DNA of 55,193 nt from Octopus bimaculoides. Lineage: Eukaryota. Below are positions 1 to 10,861 of this stretch, one piece after another (the first letter of the stretch is position 1; every line of letters begins with the position of its first letter). The stretch covers positions 29,139,101-29,194,293 of the forward strand of contig NC_068996.1 of NCBI RefSeq assembly GCF_001194135.2, given 5' to 3'. Both the position numbers and the translations under genes were made by a program. Below the pieces are notes generated by a model that was not told where the DNA came from, made no database searches, and saw only the letters and a program-made list of their open reading frames with translations.

Positions 1-32
1 CCACCCCAAGTGAACCTCTTTTATTCTGTAGC

Positions 33-897
33 ACTTGCTTTCTTCATTTTTACATTTTTTAATGCTAAATATCCAAGGACAAATAATTTGCTATTGTCCT
101 TAGTTACATGTGTGGTGAATACTGCTTTCATACTTTCCCTCCATTTCAGCTAGCTATCTTCTATGAGTCCTTAATCTGATTTTGATGTGCGCAGGATCAT
201 CGCTGCGATGGAGGATGGGGCCAAGAGTAATGGACAAGAGGACGAAACTGGCAGGAACATGCCAGGAACTGAGGCCAGTCCTGAAGTCCCACGGCGGTCA
301 CAGAGGGAGCGGTGCCCTCCTCACTGGTTGGCTGATTATGAGACAAGTTAAGGCGTGTGATTGGGGTTGAGAAAAGGGCATCAGCAGGTTGGTTGAATGA
401 TCTTCGGATCTGGGGGGCATGTAGTGTTACGAGCCAGGCTGTGTTGTAAGGAAGGATTGGAAGGGAGGGAGTAGGCATGTCCTGTTGGAAGTGGTGCCTG
501 TGGATCCCCTCGGAAGTGCCACAGTGGACATGTGGCATCAGCAAAGCACGAGGGGGTCAATCAGCAGTGAACAGCACATTAGAGCGGACGTGTGAGACTG
601 TACAGCAATGGATAGCGCACGTGGACGTGGAGTAAATCTTGGAGATTGAGACAGCATGTGGATGTTGAAAGTGACCCTTTTTCGAACTGACAGGTAAGAC
701 TACCATAATTCTCTCTTCACTTCTGTCTTTTTCTTCCTTTACATCGCACACTTGCTTTCTTGATTTTTGCATTTTGTTACGCTAAATATCCAAGGACAGA
801 TAATAATTTGCTATTGTCCTTAGTTACATGTGTGGTGAATACTGCTATCATACTCTCACTCCATTTCAGCTAGCCATTTTCTATGAGCCCTTAATCT
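33..897 (+). repeat. Pair of ~145-bp direct repeats (33-176 and 751-897) around an LTR-element fragment
   Basis: Shared cttgctttctt...gctaaatatccaaggac...cttagttacatgtgtggtgaatactgct...ccttaatct. Confidence 0.8.
184..750 (+). mobile_element. 3' fragment of an LTR retrotransposon: integrase C-terminal tail (184-351) plus 3' LTR (440-750)
   Basis: Frame from 184 reads DVRRII...RRSQRERCPPHWLADYETS*, which aligns to the 46441-46610 tail of the large element. The LTR starts TGTG and ends CACA, with imperfect inverted ends. Confidence 0.75.
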
Positions 898-1482
898 TCA
901 AAAAGCACCATTCTTCAATTTTATTTCCTCTTTCCAAGCATAACTTTATAAATCTAAAATACAATTGAAAGATTATGTGTCTCCAGACCATTGACTTTTG
1001 AGTTCATTGATCTAAAAATATCAATCATCTCCACTTAAGACTTCCCTGATAAAGTTAAAGTTAAGTGTCTCATACTCATCAAAAATGCCAATGTTCTATA
1101 CGAGTATTTATTGATTCAGTAACATTATTTATAGTACCTTCACAAGTGTTGGCTCAATTGATCTCATCAGAAAATTACAGAAAAAAAATTGGTTTGAAGA
1201 GAAAGATTTGTCCAGTAATAAATATGTCAAAGATATTGTATCACTTTGTCTTCACGAGCTCTTAGACTGGCTACATCTTGAAACGTTAAGGTTGCAGCTA
1301 TGGATTCAAGCTTGAATAGAGCTTTTCTATTATTTAACCTCTGACAGTTGAAAGGCCTCAGATAATTTCTCCTTTTGAACTAATTTATATTATTTAACTT
1401 CTGGCTGTTGAAAATTATTGAATAATTTACCTCTTAATAAAAATATTCTCAGATTTTACTTCATGAAAAATAATAATTGAAC

Positions 1483-2538
1483 ATTGTTATATTTTGGAAT
1501 GGTCATTTTTTTTTCTTGCCAAAAAATACATGCACTATATATTTGTTCTTCACTTGTTTATTATATTGCTCTTATATCTTATGTCTATTGTCTGGAAAAC
1601 TCTTGTCACACACCTGTGACCTCTTCAGAAACTCATCCATCCATGTGTATACTCTTATTCTCTCTTTCTGTGATGTATATCCTTATCTGTACATGCATTT
1701 GTGTCTGTATCTGTGTATGTATGTGTGTGTGTGTGCGTCCATGTGTGTATGCATGTCTATGCATTTTGTATGTGTGTTTGTGTGTATATGGGTTTGCTTA
1801 CTATGTTGCTTGTATCCATGCTGTTTACATAGTTTTTTTCATTTGTTTTTTTGTTTATCTCTATTTCTTATATTTCATAAGTATGTGAATGTTTGCTTTT
1901 TGTGTATGTATTATACTGTTTGCATCTAGGTCTTTTTTTCCCCCTTCTGTCTTTAGTCATCATGTTGTGTGGTGTAGTGGTGGCAGGTGTTATTGTTCCA
2001 TTCATGTTTTCTGTTGAGGCCTAGTCTGTCTATTACTATGTGTGTGGCCTCCATAATCTGTCATGTTGATAATACCTTAACCTCTATGTTATTAAATGAG
2101 CCTCTACATTCTACTTGAGTATGTTGGTAGAGCACTGATGAGCTTTTCTCCTCTTTGAGTTCCCATCAATATTCACCTCTTCATTCCCTTATGCTATGTA
2201 CCATCTCCCCAATATAATTTGTTGTTTTGTTTTTTCATCGTCCCTCAGTACATCGTAAGCTATAGACTACATTCCTAATCTTACAGTTAACCTGAAGGTT
2301 CATCCTGCATACTATACAATTGTTCTCCATACATGGGGACCTATCGATGGGATACAGATCAAGGATTTTATGGGGGTTCCTGACCTTCCTACTACTTTAA
2401 CCCATAGATTTGCCTTATCTAATGCTTTTCTTAAAGGTATGCTAGTTGACAGTCTAGTATTTTTGATGTCATATCCATCTTATATAGTGCATGTGTTTTT
2501 TGGCAAGAAAAAAAAATAACTACCCTGAAATATAACAA
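1483..2538 (-). mobile_element. Penelope-like element remnant: degraded GIY-YIG C-terminus (~1960-2470) with 58-bp inverted terminal copies
   Basis: - strand reads NYIGEMVHSIRE*..SSVLYQH..KVLST*QIMEATHI..LNRK. 1483-1541 is the reverse complement of 2480-2538. Confidence 0.6.
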
Positions 2539-2671
2539 TATCTGTTTCAACACACTATTTCACATCAGGAATCTTGCAAAACAAATTCATAAAAATAATG
2601 GAATAATTTCTGTTATTTTAACCCATAAAAAAATTCAAATTAAATTGGTAGTGAAACTTAGCTGTACATGC

Positions 2672-2709
<38 letters not shown>

Positions 2710-3814
2710 ACAGCATCCACAACACACACACAGAGGATACATGCACACAATACACACGATACATGTACACATAGAATCACATGCACACAACACACACACA
2801 TGCATGCATGCATGCACACACACACATACACGACACACAAACACAAAAAGAAAAAAATTCCTTGCCAGTCAAAGAAATAGGCTGCAACACAAATACACAG
2901 AAATTTTAATTCTTCTACCAACTGCCAAACAAAACAGTCTTGATTTTTTGGTATCCATTTCTTGTCTGTGTCCTGCAGATTCAGTGATATTTCATTGTAT
3001 GGTTTTAATCTTACAAAATTGTTTATACAGGCTACTTCCTTTTTCTTAACTTGTGTTTTCTTTCTGAATTACAATGGAAAAAGAAAAACAGAAATTATCT
3101 GTATTGTCTGCAATAAAATTAAAACATGAAAATATATTGATCATGTTTCAGAATCATTAGAGTGCCTCTCAAAATGCCTTTCAATATTTAGTTGTGGATG
3201 TTAACTTTCTGAGTTCAAATCCTGTAAAGGTCAATTTTGTCTTTCATCCTTTTACAGGCAGTAATAAAGTATCAGCCAAGTTCTGGCATTCAATGCGTTC
3301 TAGATACAAATGGAATTATATTAGAAAAGGTAATATGAAAATGTCAGGGCATGCATACAACCAATTTAGTTTCCCAATCAAAACACTGTGTGTGAATGAG
3401 AACAAATTGCTTGCCAAATGATACTGGCAGTGAACAGATTACAAAGAACATTCTAATTGGTTGACAGAAGACGTTTCCATAACAACAGTTTACATGGTAA
3501 ATTTTTTTGTAAGTAAAAGATTCATAAAGAATCATAAATGTTCTATTCATGATAATCCAAGCTTTATCAGACATATAATATGAAGGACTACATCATCTAT
3601 GTCCTTGATGTGTTCAAGCATCACCATCCTGGATCCAGCTTGACTATCTAGTCATCAAGTAATTTTACAGCCACCACTTATCTTGTTTTTGTATAATCAT
3701 CTAAATGGAAAACCTGGAGTTTGATAGCCAAAAAATAAAAGTATTTTTTTGGCCATTTCATCTTTTATCAGACATAATGTATCTTAGTAAGTCAAAGCCA
3801 ACTCTAATCCAGCA

Positions 3815-4104
3815 TGTTGTTTGTTCCTTCTTGAGCCATATCTGACTCAAAAGGGCTGGTTTCCCGGTTTCATTGGTGTATAGGTTCCCCACCTGGATGG
3901 GATGTCGGTTCATCACAAGTGAGCTGCTAGATGCAAGAGCAAAGAGTGAAACTTGTGGTGAAAGAGTCAGCAGAAGTTCACCATTACCTTCTGCCAGAGC
4001 TGCGTGGAACTTCGGTGTTTCACTCATAAACCGGTCTGAGATTCAAACCTGCGACCCTTCAACAGTGAGTCCGCTACTCTAACCACTAGGCCATGTGCCT
4101 CCAC
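3815..4104 (-). mobile_element. tRNA-derived SINE
   Basis: Pol III A box TGGCCTAGTGG (4083-4093) and B box GGTTTGAATCT (4039-4049), followed by a non-tRNA body. Confidence 0.65.
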
Positions 4105-4433
4105 CTCCAGCATACCTATGATGAAAGGCTCTCCAGCTATGACAAAACCATCTTTTTTTTTTAATACTGTGTACTTCAGTTAACCAAGGTAACTCAATGT
4201 CACAAGGAGAGTGAACTTCTATGCTAAAAGGTACAATAATTTCAAAGCAACATCCTAAAGATTGTAAAGTACAAGTTTGAAGAAAGATGTTTGTTCATGT
4301 TGAGAAAAATAATAAATTTCAAACCACACCCTTAATAAAAGTAAGACTTATGTATATGTGCATTATACATATATTAATGTGTGTTAAGCATTATACTTAT
4401 TGTTTAGATTAAAAGTTCATTTTCAGTGTCACA

Positions 4434-5093
4434 TTCAGGACCAGCTGGCTCATGTGCGGGCGACACATGATATCTTTCGAGCGAGATCGTTGCCAGTGCC
4501 CCTGGACTGGCTCATGTGCGGGCGACACATGATATCTTTCGAGCGAGATCGTTGCCAGTGCCTCTGGACTGGATCTTGTGCGGGTGACACATGAGGTTTT
4601 TTTTTTTTTTTTTNNNNNNNNNNNNNNNNNNNNNNNNNNNNNNNNNNNNNNNNNNNNNNNNNNNNNNNNNNNNNNNNNNNNNNNNNNNNNNNNNNNNNNN
4701 NNNNNNNNNNNNNNNNNNNNNNNNNNNNNNNNNNNNNNNNNNNNNNNNNNNNNNNNNNNNNNNNNNNNNNNNNNNNNNNNNNNNNNNNNNNNNNNNNNNN
4801 NNNNNNNNNNNNNNNNNNNNNNNNNNNNNNNCTTTCGAGCGAGATCGTTACCAGTGCCCCTGGACTGGCTCTTGTGCGGGTGACACATGAGGTTTTTCGA
4901 GCGAGATCGATGCCGGTGCCCTCGGGCTGGCTTGTGTGCGGGCGACACATGAAATCTTTCGAGCGGGATCGCTGCCAGTGCCACTGGTCTGGGTCATGTG
5001 CGGGCGACATATGATATCTTTCGAGCGAGATCGTTACCAGTGCCCCTGGACTGGCTCTTGTGCGGGTGACACATGAAATGTTTCGAGCGAGAT
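4434..5093. repeat. 62-bp tandem satellite, interrupted by an assembly gap
   Basis: tttcgagcgagat-type anchor recurs at 4475, 4537, 4833, 4895, 4957, 5019 and 5081. Confidence 0.92.
4614..4831. other. Assembly gap (others: 21524-22094, 29766-29852, 40788-40797, 46227-46315, 48110-48574, 53530-54047)
   Basis: Runs of N. Confidence 0.99.
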
Positions 5094-6109
5094 AACAAAT
5101 AAGAAAACAACATTCATAGATGTAATCTAGTGAAATAAAGATTATGGTGAATTGATTTCTTATTCAGCTTAAAATGTCTTGCTTTATAAATTAGGTGAAA
5201 ATGTGAGTGGAAAAGTAGCTGATTCAAGTGCTGTCTTCACTATGTCTTGTCTGGAAAGAGCAGCACCAGGATGGTATGCTCAACTCAGAGATAAAACAAA
5301 GTAAATTACTTTGCTCGTGGCTGCAGACAGCTGAGTAAATGAGAGAGATTCTTTTGATTTCAGCTTTATATAGATGAAAAAAGCTGTTAGAATATCACTC
5401 AATGATTGGTTGATAAAATTATTGAAAAATAAAAACATCATCTGATTGCATAATGACCTGCATGAGGTTATTACAAGACCAATAATAAAAATATGTTTTT
5501 TATGACTTTATGATTTGATGGACATTTAGCTACCATTTCCAACATATCAAGTCATTACTTAATTCCAGTCATTTGATTTTATACCTAGAATATAACATAA
5601 CATAATAGTAATATTTTCTGTCATTTAGGAATTGTAGAAATTGTAATATATGTGACTTGAGGGTTTTTCCTTTAAAACCTTAAGGGTCACTCTAAGTTTA
5701 AATGATGACAAGCTTATTGCCATATTGTATTTCACAATAACCTCTGGTATCTTCTACACTAAATACACACACCCTCCACCTAAATTATACCAAGAATAAA
5801 ACTGTCAAGCATTGAACTCTTCAGTTTGTTTCAAAAACCTGTAGTAGTAACACCGTGAATAAAGCTGCATGGATATGTATACCCTGGCTAAACTTATAAT
5901 GCAATTGAGTCAGCAGGATGCAACTGGATGCCACATCTTAGGCTATCTATGCAGTAGAAACACGTGTCAGACAGAGATCTAAGTGGATGTATTGTATATA
6001 ATACTGTAGTAAACAAGCTTTTGAAGAAATATGTCTCCATTCTTATTTTTGATGCCTTGTATATATTTGTGTGCACATGTATGTATGTATGTATGTATGT
6101 ATGTATGTA

Positions 6110-6620
6110 TATACATGGTGCATTCCAGAAGTTCACAAACTTTTTCAAGGGAGACATTTATTAATTTGAAAGAAGTACAAAACTCTAATCTCCTTCAAAG
6201 TAGGACTGTGTAACTTCAATGCACTTGTTGTAGCCCTCCAGTTATTTTGTGAAGGTCCATGGAAGACCTCCAAAGTGAAAGTGTCCAGTACTTTTGTCAC
6301 AGTCTCTTTCATCTTCAAAATGACAGGCCCTGAAGTTCTCCTTCAGCTTGGAGAACATCCAAAAGTTACAAGGAGGGTGAGGGACAGTTTTAATGTCCAT
6401 CTCAGTCAAGTTGTTGGTTACCAAGATGCTCACCACTGAGCACTGTGGAAAAATTTTGCACATGCTAAGATCTTCACAAATAATTCTGTGTACAGTTGCC
6501 ACACCAACTCCAAACTGTATGCCTATTGTCTTTACAGACACACAAGTTTTCATTCAGAAAATTGTGTATTTTCTTAACCAGCTCTGATGTTTTGGTATCC
6601 CTTTCCCTCCCACTCTTTTC
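6110..6620 (-). mobile_element. Internally deleted mariner (Tc1/mariner) transposase remnant
   Basis: TVHRIICEDLSMCK (HTH end) is fused to LTEMDIKTVPHPP(..)CNFWMFSKLK, the region around the YSPDLAP motif, which is deleted here. Confidence 0.7.
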
Positions 6621-7065
6621 ATTTCTACCATCCTTAAACCCCTTGTGCCAGTGAAAAATTTAATCCTCAAGCAGTCCGGAGCATTTCATAAGTGTCATAG
6701 TATTTTTGCCCACTTTAACGCAAAACTTTATTGTATAGTGAGCTTAAAAAAAAAACACATTTTGAAAATTAGTCACTTGTAGCTAGCAGTGTTTCGTAGG
6801 GTGTGTTCAAAATGCCTGTTTCAGCTGTCTCCTTCAATCTGGAATAAAAAAGTGGCAAGTCAGCTTATTAGATGTATAATAATATACTAAAACAACAATC
6901 TAGTGTCGGTATAACTGCATCTCTTAAAGAAGTCACAAAATTTCTACACCTCATATGTATATACATACAAATATATATATACTTAGCCCAAACATTCTGT
7001 GTACAGAGTTGTATAGTGTTGTGTCAAACTGTCACTAAATAATGTAATATAATATAATATAAGAT

Positions 7066-8163
7066 GAGGTTCGGACCAGTTCGCCCACAGAAGTTGGATT
7101 TTCTCTGTTTTGATGGGATTCTTTTCCAATTTGTATTTTCACCACAGCCTTTGAAATAATGGGGGTAGGTGGGAAGCTTTTCATGAAAAAATTTTTGGAA
7201 ATTTATTATTTTTTTTTGCCCAACCCCTCCACCCACTACCCTTCTGGACCGATTTTGACCAATTCTTTTTTGGCCTTATGCACTTAAAAACGATGTGAGA
7301 ATCCTTTTTCGTTAAAAAAAAAACAGCAAAAAAACTGAAGATATTTTTAGGTAAAAAGGTGTGTAATTTCAGGAAAATTTAGCTGTTGTTTCTAGCACAT
7401 CCGACGACCACCTGGTATCTCCCTCGTTTCTCCACCCACGGTACCAAGCGAGTTCGTACGCGCGCGCGTTTGTGTGTGTGTGTGTGTGTATAAGAAAAAA
7501 ACATTTACTAACAGGAAAGTATTCTATTAAAAAGTTTTGAAAATTTGATTTTTTTAACCTCTCCCCCACCCCGTTTATAATTTTAAAATATTGATAAGCC
7601 TATGAAAGTCATTGCTAGGATTTATCCACAGTCGTTTAAAAAAAGGTATGCTTCTGTTAGTAAATACGTGTTTTTCTTACATATGTACTCGCGCGCGCAT
7701 ACAAGCACACAAGGACTCGGTTGGTGCGACGGGGATGGTGGTGTTAAAATTTTAAGTCACCGATATTTTTGTGTTGTTGCTTAAATCCCAGCAATGGACC
7801 ACTCTTGAGCTAAACAAAACCCGTGTGTTACTTCCGCATCATCATTCCATTAAATGTGTTTCTGGGAAGAAAAATATTGAAAAACATCAATACATGTCAG
7901 ATTGGCAAAGAAACGAAGAAGGTACCAGGTGGTCGTTAGATGTGCTAGAAACAACAGCTAAATCTCCCTTAAATCACAGTTTTCCGTCTGAAAAAATTTT
8001 CATTTTTTTTTTAACGGAAAAGGCACCCACCATCGTTTTAAAGTGAGTACTGCCCCATCAAATTGGACAAAATCGATCTGGAGGAGGCATAGGGGAGATG
8101 TGGTGGAAAATTACCATCAAAACCGAGAAAAACCAATTATGTGGGCGTCCTGATCCAAATCTC
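7066..8163. mobile_element. Non-autonomous foldback/MITE-like element with long imperfect terminal inverted repeats
   Basis: Left arm ~7066-7435 is complementary to right arm ~7908-8163, e.g. tttagctgttgtttctagcacatc versus gatgtgctagaaacaacagctaaa. No transposase ORF. Confidence 0.75.
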
Positions 8164-9254
8164 CGCCTAATATCTCTCTCTCTGTGTCTCTCTCACACAC
8201 ACATTTATATATATGGTATCTAAACCATAATACAAATCAATGGATTACTTCCAGCTACCTTGGCTAGATGTGGTGGCTGCATGGACAACAGTGTTGACCA
8301 AATAAACCTGATCATTCATTCCCTGGTAGCATCATTGCTACGCGATGACAGAGACGTATACTGTTGTACGGTGCAGAAATCATGGTATTAACCTCCAATC
8401 GTCAACTGACGAAGAGAACGACCAGATTGCAAGGTGCTCGTAAAATAATAAAATATGACCAGTGTGTGTGTGTGTGTGTGTGTGAGTGTGTGTGCGAGCG
8501 CGTGTGTATACACATACACACGTAATACACACACACATAATATATAATATACATACATGCACATGCATATATAATATAATATAACATAACATAAAGGATT
8601 ACATTATCCAAAGTCTCCCTCCCATTTTAAGATCTTTTAAGACTGTAAAGGAAGATTTAGTTGCTTTTTTTTTATCTAGCAGATCGAATGACCATGTGGA
8701 AAATCCTTTATTGGCTACGCTTAATAACTATCAATATCTATGTTTTCATTCTCCCGCCCTCTCTCTGTATCTATCTACTCCTCAATCTGCGTCCACTCCA
8801 CCTTTCTTCTTTTTCCCTTTCATTATCTCTCGTTCTGTCTGTCCGTCTCTCCTTTTCTTTTTCATTCACTTATCCTTCTCTCTTTACGTCAGCTCTTTTT
8901 TCTTCGCCTTTTATCAGAATCACACACACACACACACACAATTACATACATACACGTCTACACTCAACACACGCATACACCCAGTTACGCGCACATATCT
9001 AGATTTAATCATACACGAGTTTATCTACACCCAATCACTCACGTACATTCACATATACACGCACACACCCATATACTCAAATCCTCTCCTACATGCAGAC
9101 AGACACACGCATACATTTCTGCATTCAATGATAACACGCGCACACATACATTTACACCCAATTCCCCACAGACAGACAGACAGACAGACACGGGCACACA
9201 TACAGACACACATGCACATTTTCTACATTGCACCATTTAGCTGCAGTGGCAAAG

Positions 9255-10861
9255 ATGACTGACGAAAGACCAGTGCTGCACAGTCGTGTAGTATGTCTTT
9301 TAATAGTGAGTATTTTCTCAGCAGCCTTCAGCGCTGAAGTTTTTCGGATACTGGAAGACAATGTAACCGACGTAACCAGCTACACGACGACTACCACCAC
9401 AAACAACATCATTGTTATCAACAACAACAACAACAACAACAACAACAGTAGTAGCACCCCCACCACTATCATCAAGAACAAAAACAAAAGATGTAACAGT
9501 ACAACAAGCAAGAGAACTACCACTAACACAGACAGTAGCATTAACAACAAAAAGGACATAAGTAGCACCTCTGAATACAAAAACGTAGAGTTCATTGTCG
9601 TCCGAGATGAGAGCGATGACAATGGTGCAGAAAAGGAGATAATTATAAAAGCTGATAGCAGTGGTGAAACTGGTGATGGTGGCTCTGATGCTGGTGATGG
9701 TGATAATGTTGGTGGTCATCATTGGCAGAACGGCATCAGTGGTACCAACAGTAAAAGTGGTTATATCATTGTTACGTATGATTACGGGAACAGTAACGCC
9801 AACAACAGAAGCGGTAGCTTCAAAGATAACAAAGGTAGTTCTAGCGGGAAACATAGCACAAGGGACCACGGCGATAGAAACAACAGCAACAACAACGACA
9901 GCAACAATATAAATGGTGAAAGCAATAAAAGAAACATCAACAGTAACAACAACAACAATCACAAAAACATCATTATCAGTGATGACAGTAGGAATGAGAG
10001 CAAAAATATTAACCACAACAGCAACGAACCTAATAGCAAAAGAAGGAAACACAAAAGCCCCAAGAACAATGATATCAAGAAAACAAAGAAAAAAGTCATT
10101 AATAGCTTGGATGAAATTGTCAGTGTCAACAAAAGAAATAATAACAACGGGAACAATAGTGTTAGCAGTAGCAATCACAACAACAGTAAAAATAATTTTA
10201 GGAGGAACAACAGAACTAACTATACCAATAAGAGCAATAACGATAGAAGCTATAACAATTACAGCAACAACATCAGTAGTATCGAAAGCAGTGGCAGCAG
10301 CAGCGGTAGTAGTAGGGGTAAAATTAATCATGACGGTAACATTAATAACTATGGCAACAACAGTGACACAAGTTTTAGTAAAAGAATCAATTCACGTAGG
10401 AGAAAACATAGAAGCATTAATAGAGATGATGGGGACATTAGTAATGTTGCTGCTAGCACCAGTTATAAACGTTTTACCATTAATATTGGTAAGAGTAATG
10501 TTAGCAAAAGAGTTGGCAAAAAAGTTAAAACTAAACGAGACCTTCAGTTTCAAGCCACGCAGGGCTACAAGGCATCCAATAATTGTGATAGCACTCCATC
10601 ATTCCATGGCCAAGACTTGGCGCTGAAAAAAAGTTTGTGTGAATATGAAGCATTCATACAAACCGTCATGAAATGTCGGAATATACCAGCTGTTTCAGTT
10701 GCTATGGTGAAAAATGGTGAGATTTTATTATCCAAAGGATTTGGATTAGCAGACAGAGAGAAAGGCATCCGGAATGACAAGGAAAAAAAATTCTTCATTG
10801 GATCTGTCACTAAAGGATTCACAACAACACTACTTGCAAAGCTGTTATCAGACACAACTAA
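9255..10861 (+). CDS. Exon 1: signal peptide, Asn/Ser/Lys-rich low-complexity region, start of the catalytic domain with SxxK
   Basis: ATG in AAGATG context; hydrophobic VVCLLIVSIFSAAFSA; IPAVSVAMVKNG..SKGFGLAD..FFIGSVTK (SVTK at 10803-10814); donor gtaagt at 10862. Confidence 0.88.

Noticed and set aside
4039-4104. tRNA gene
   Set aside because: A and B boxes are present, but there is no complete acceptor stem and the sequence continues into a SINE body.
4434-5093. CRISPR array or hammerhead satellite
   Set aside because: The units are contiguous with no unique spacers, there are no cas genes, and neither strand has a CUGANGA/GAAA core.
8395-8460. Hammerhead-like CTGACGA-GAG..CTC-GTAAA
   Set aside because: The GAAA core is interrupted, stem II is mismatched and stems I/III do not form convincingly.
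9318-10331. 337-aa antisense ORF and 237-aa alternative-frame ORF (9913-10626) over exon 1
   Set aside because: Expected by-products of AAC-rich low-complexity coding sequence; no domain motifs.
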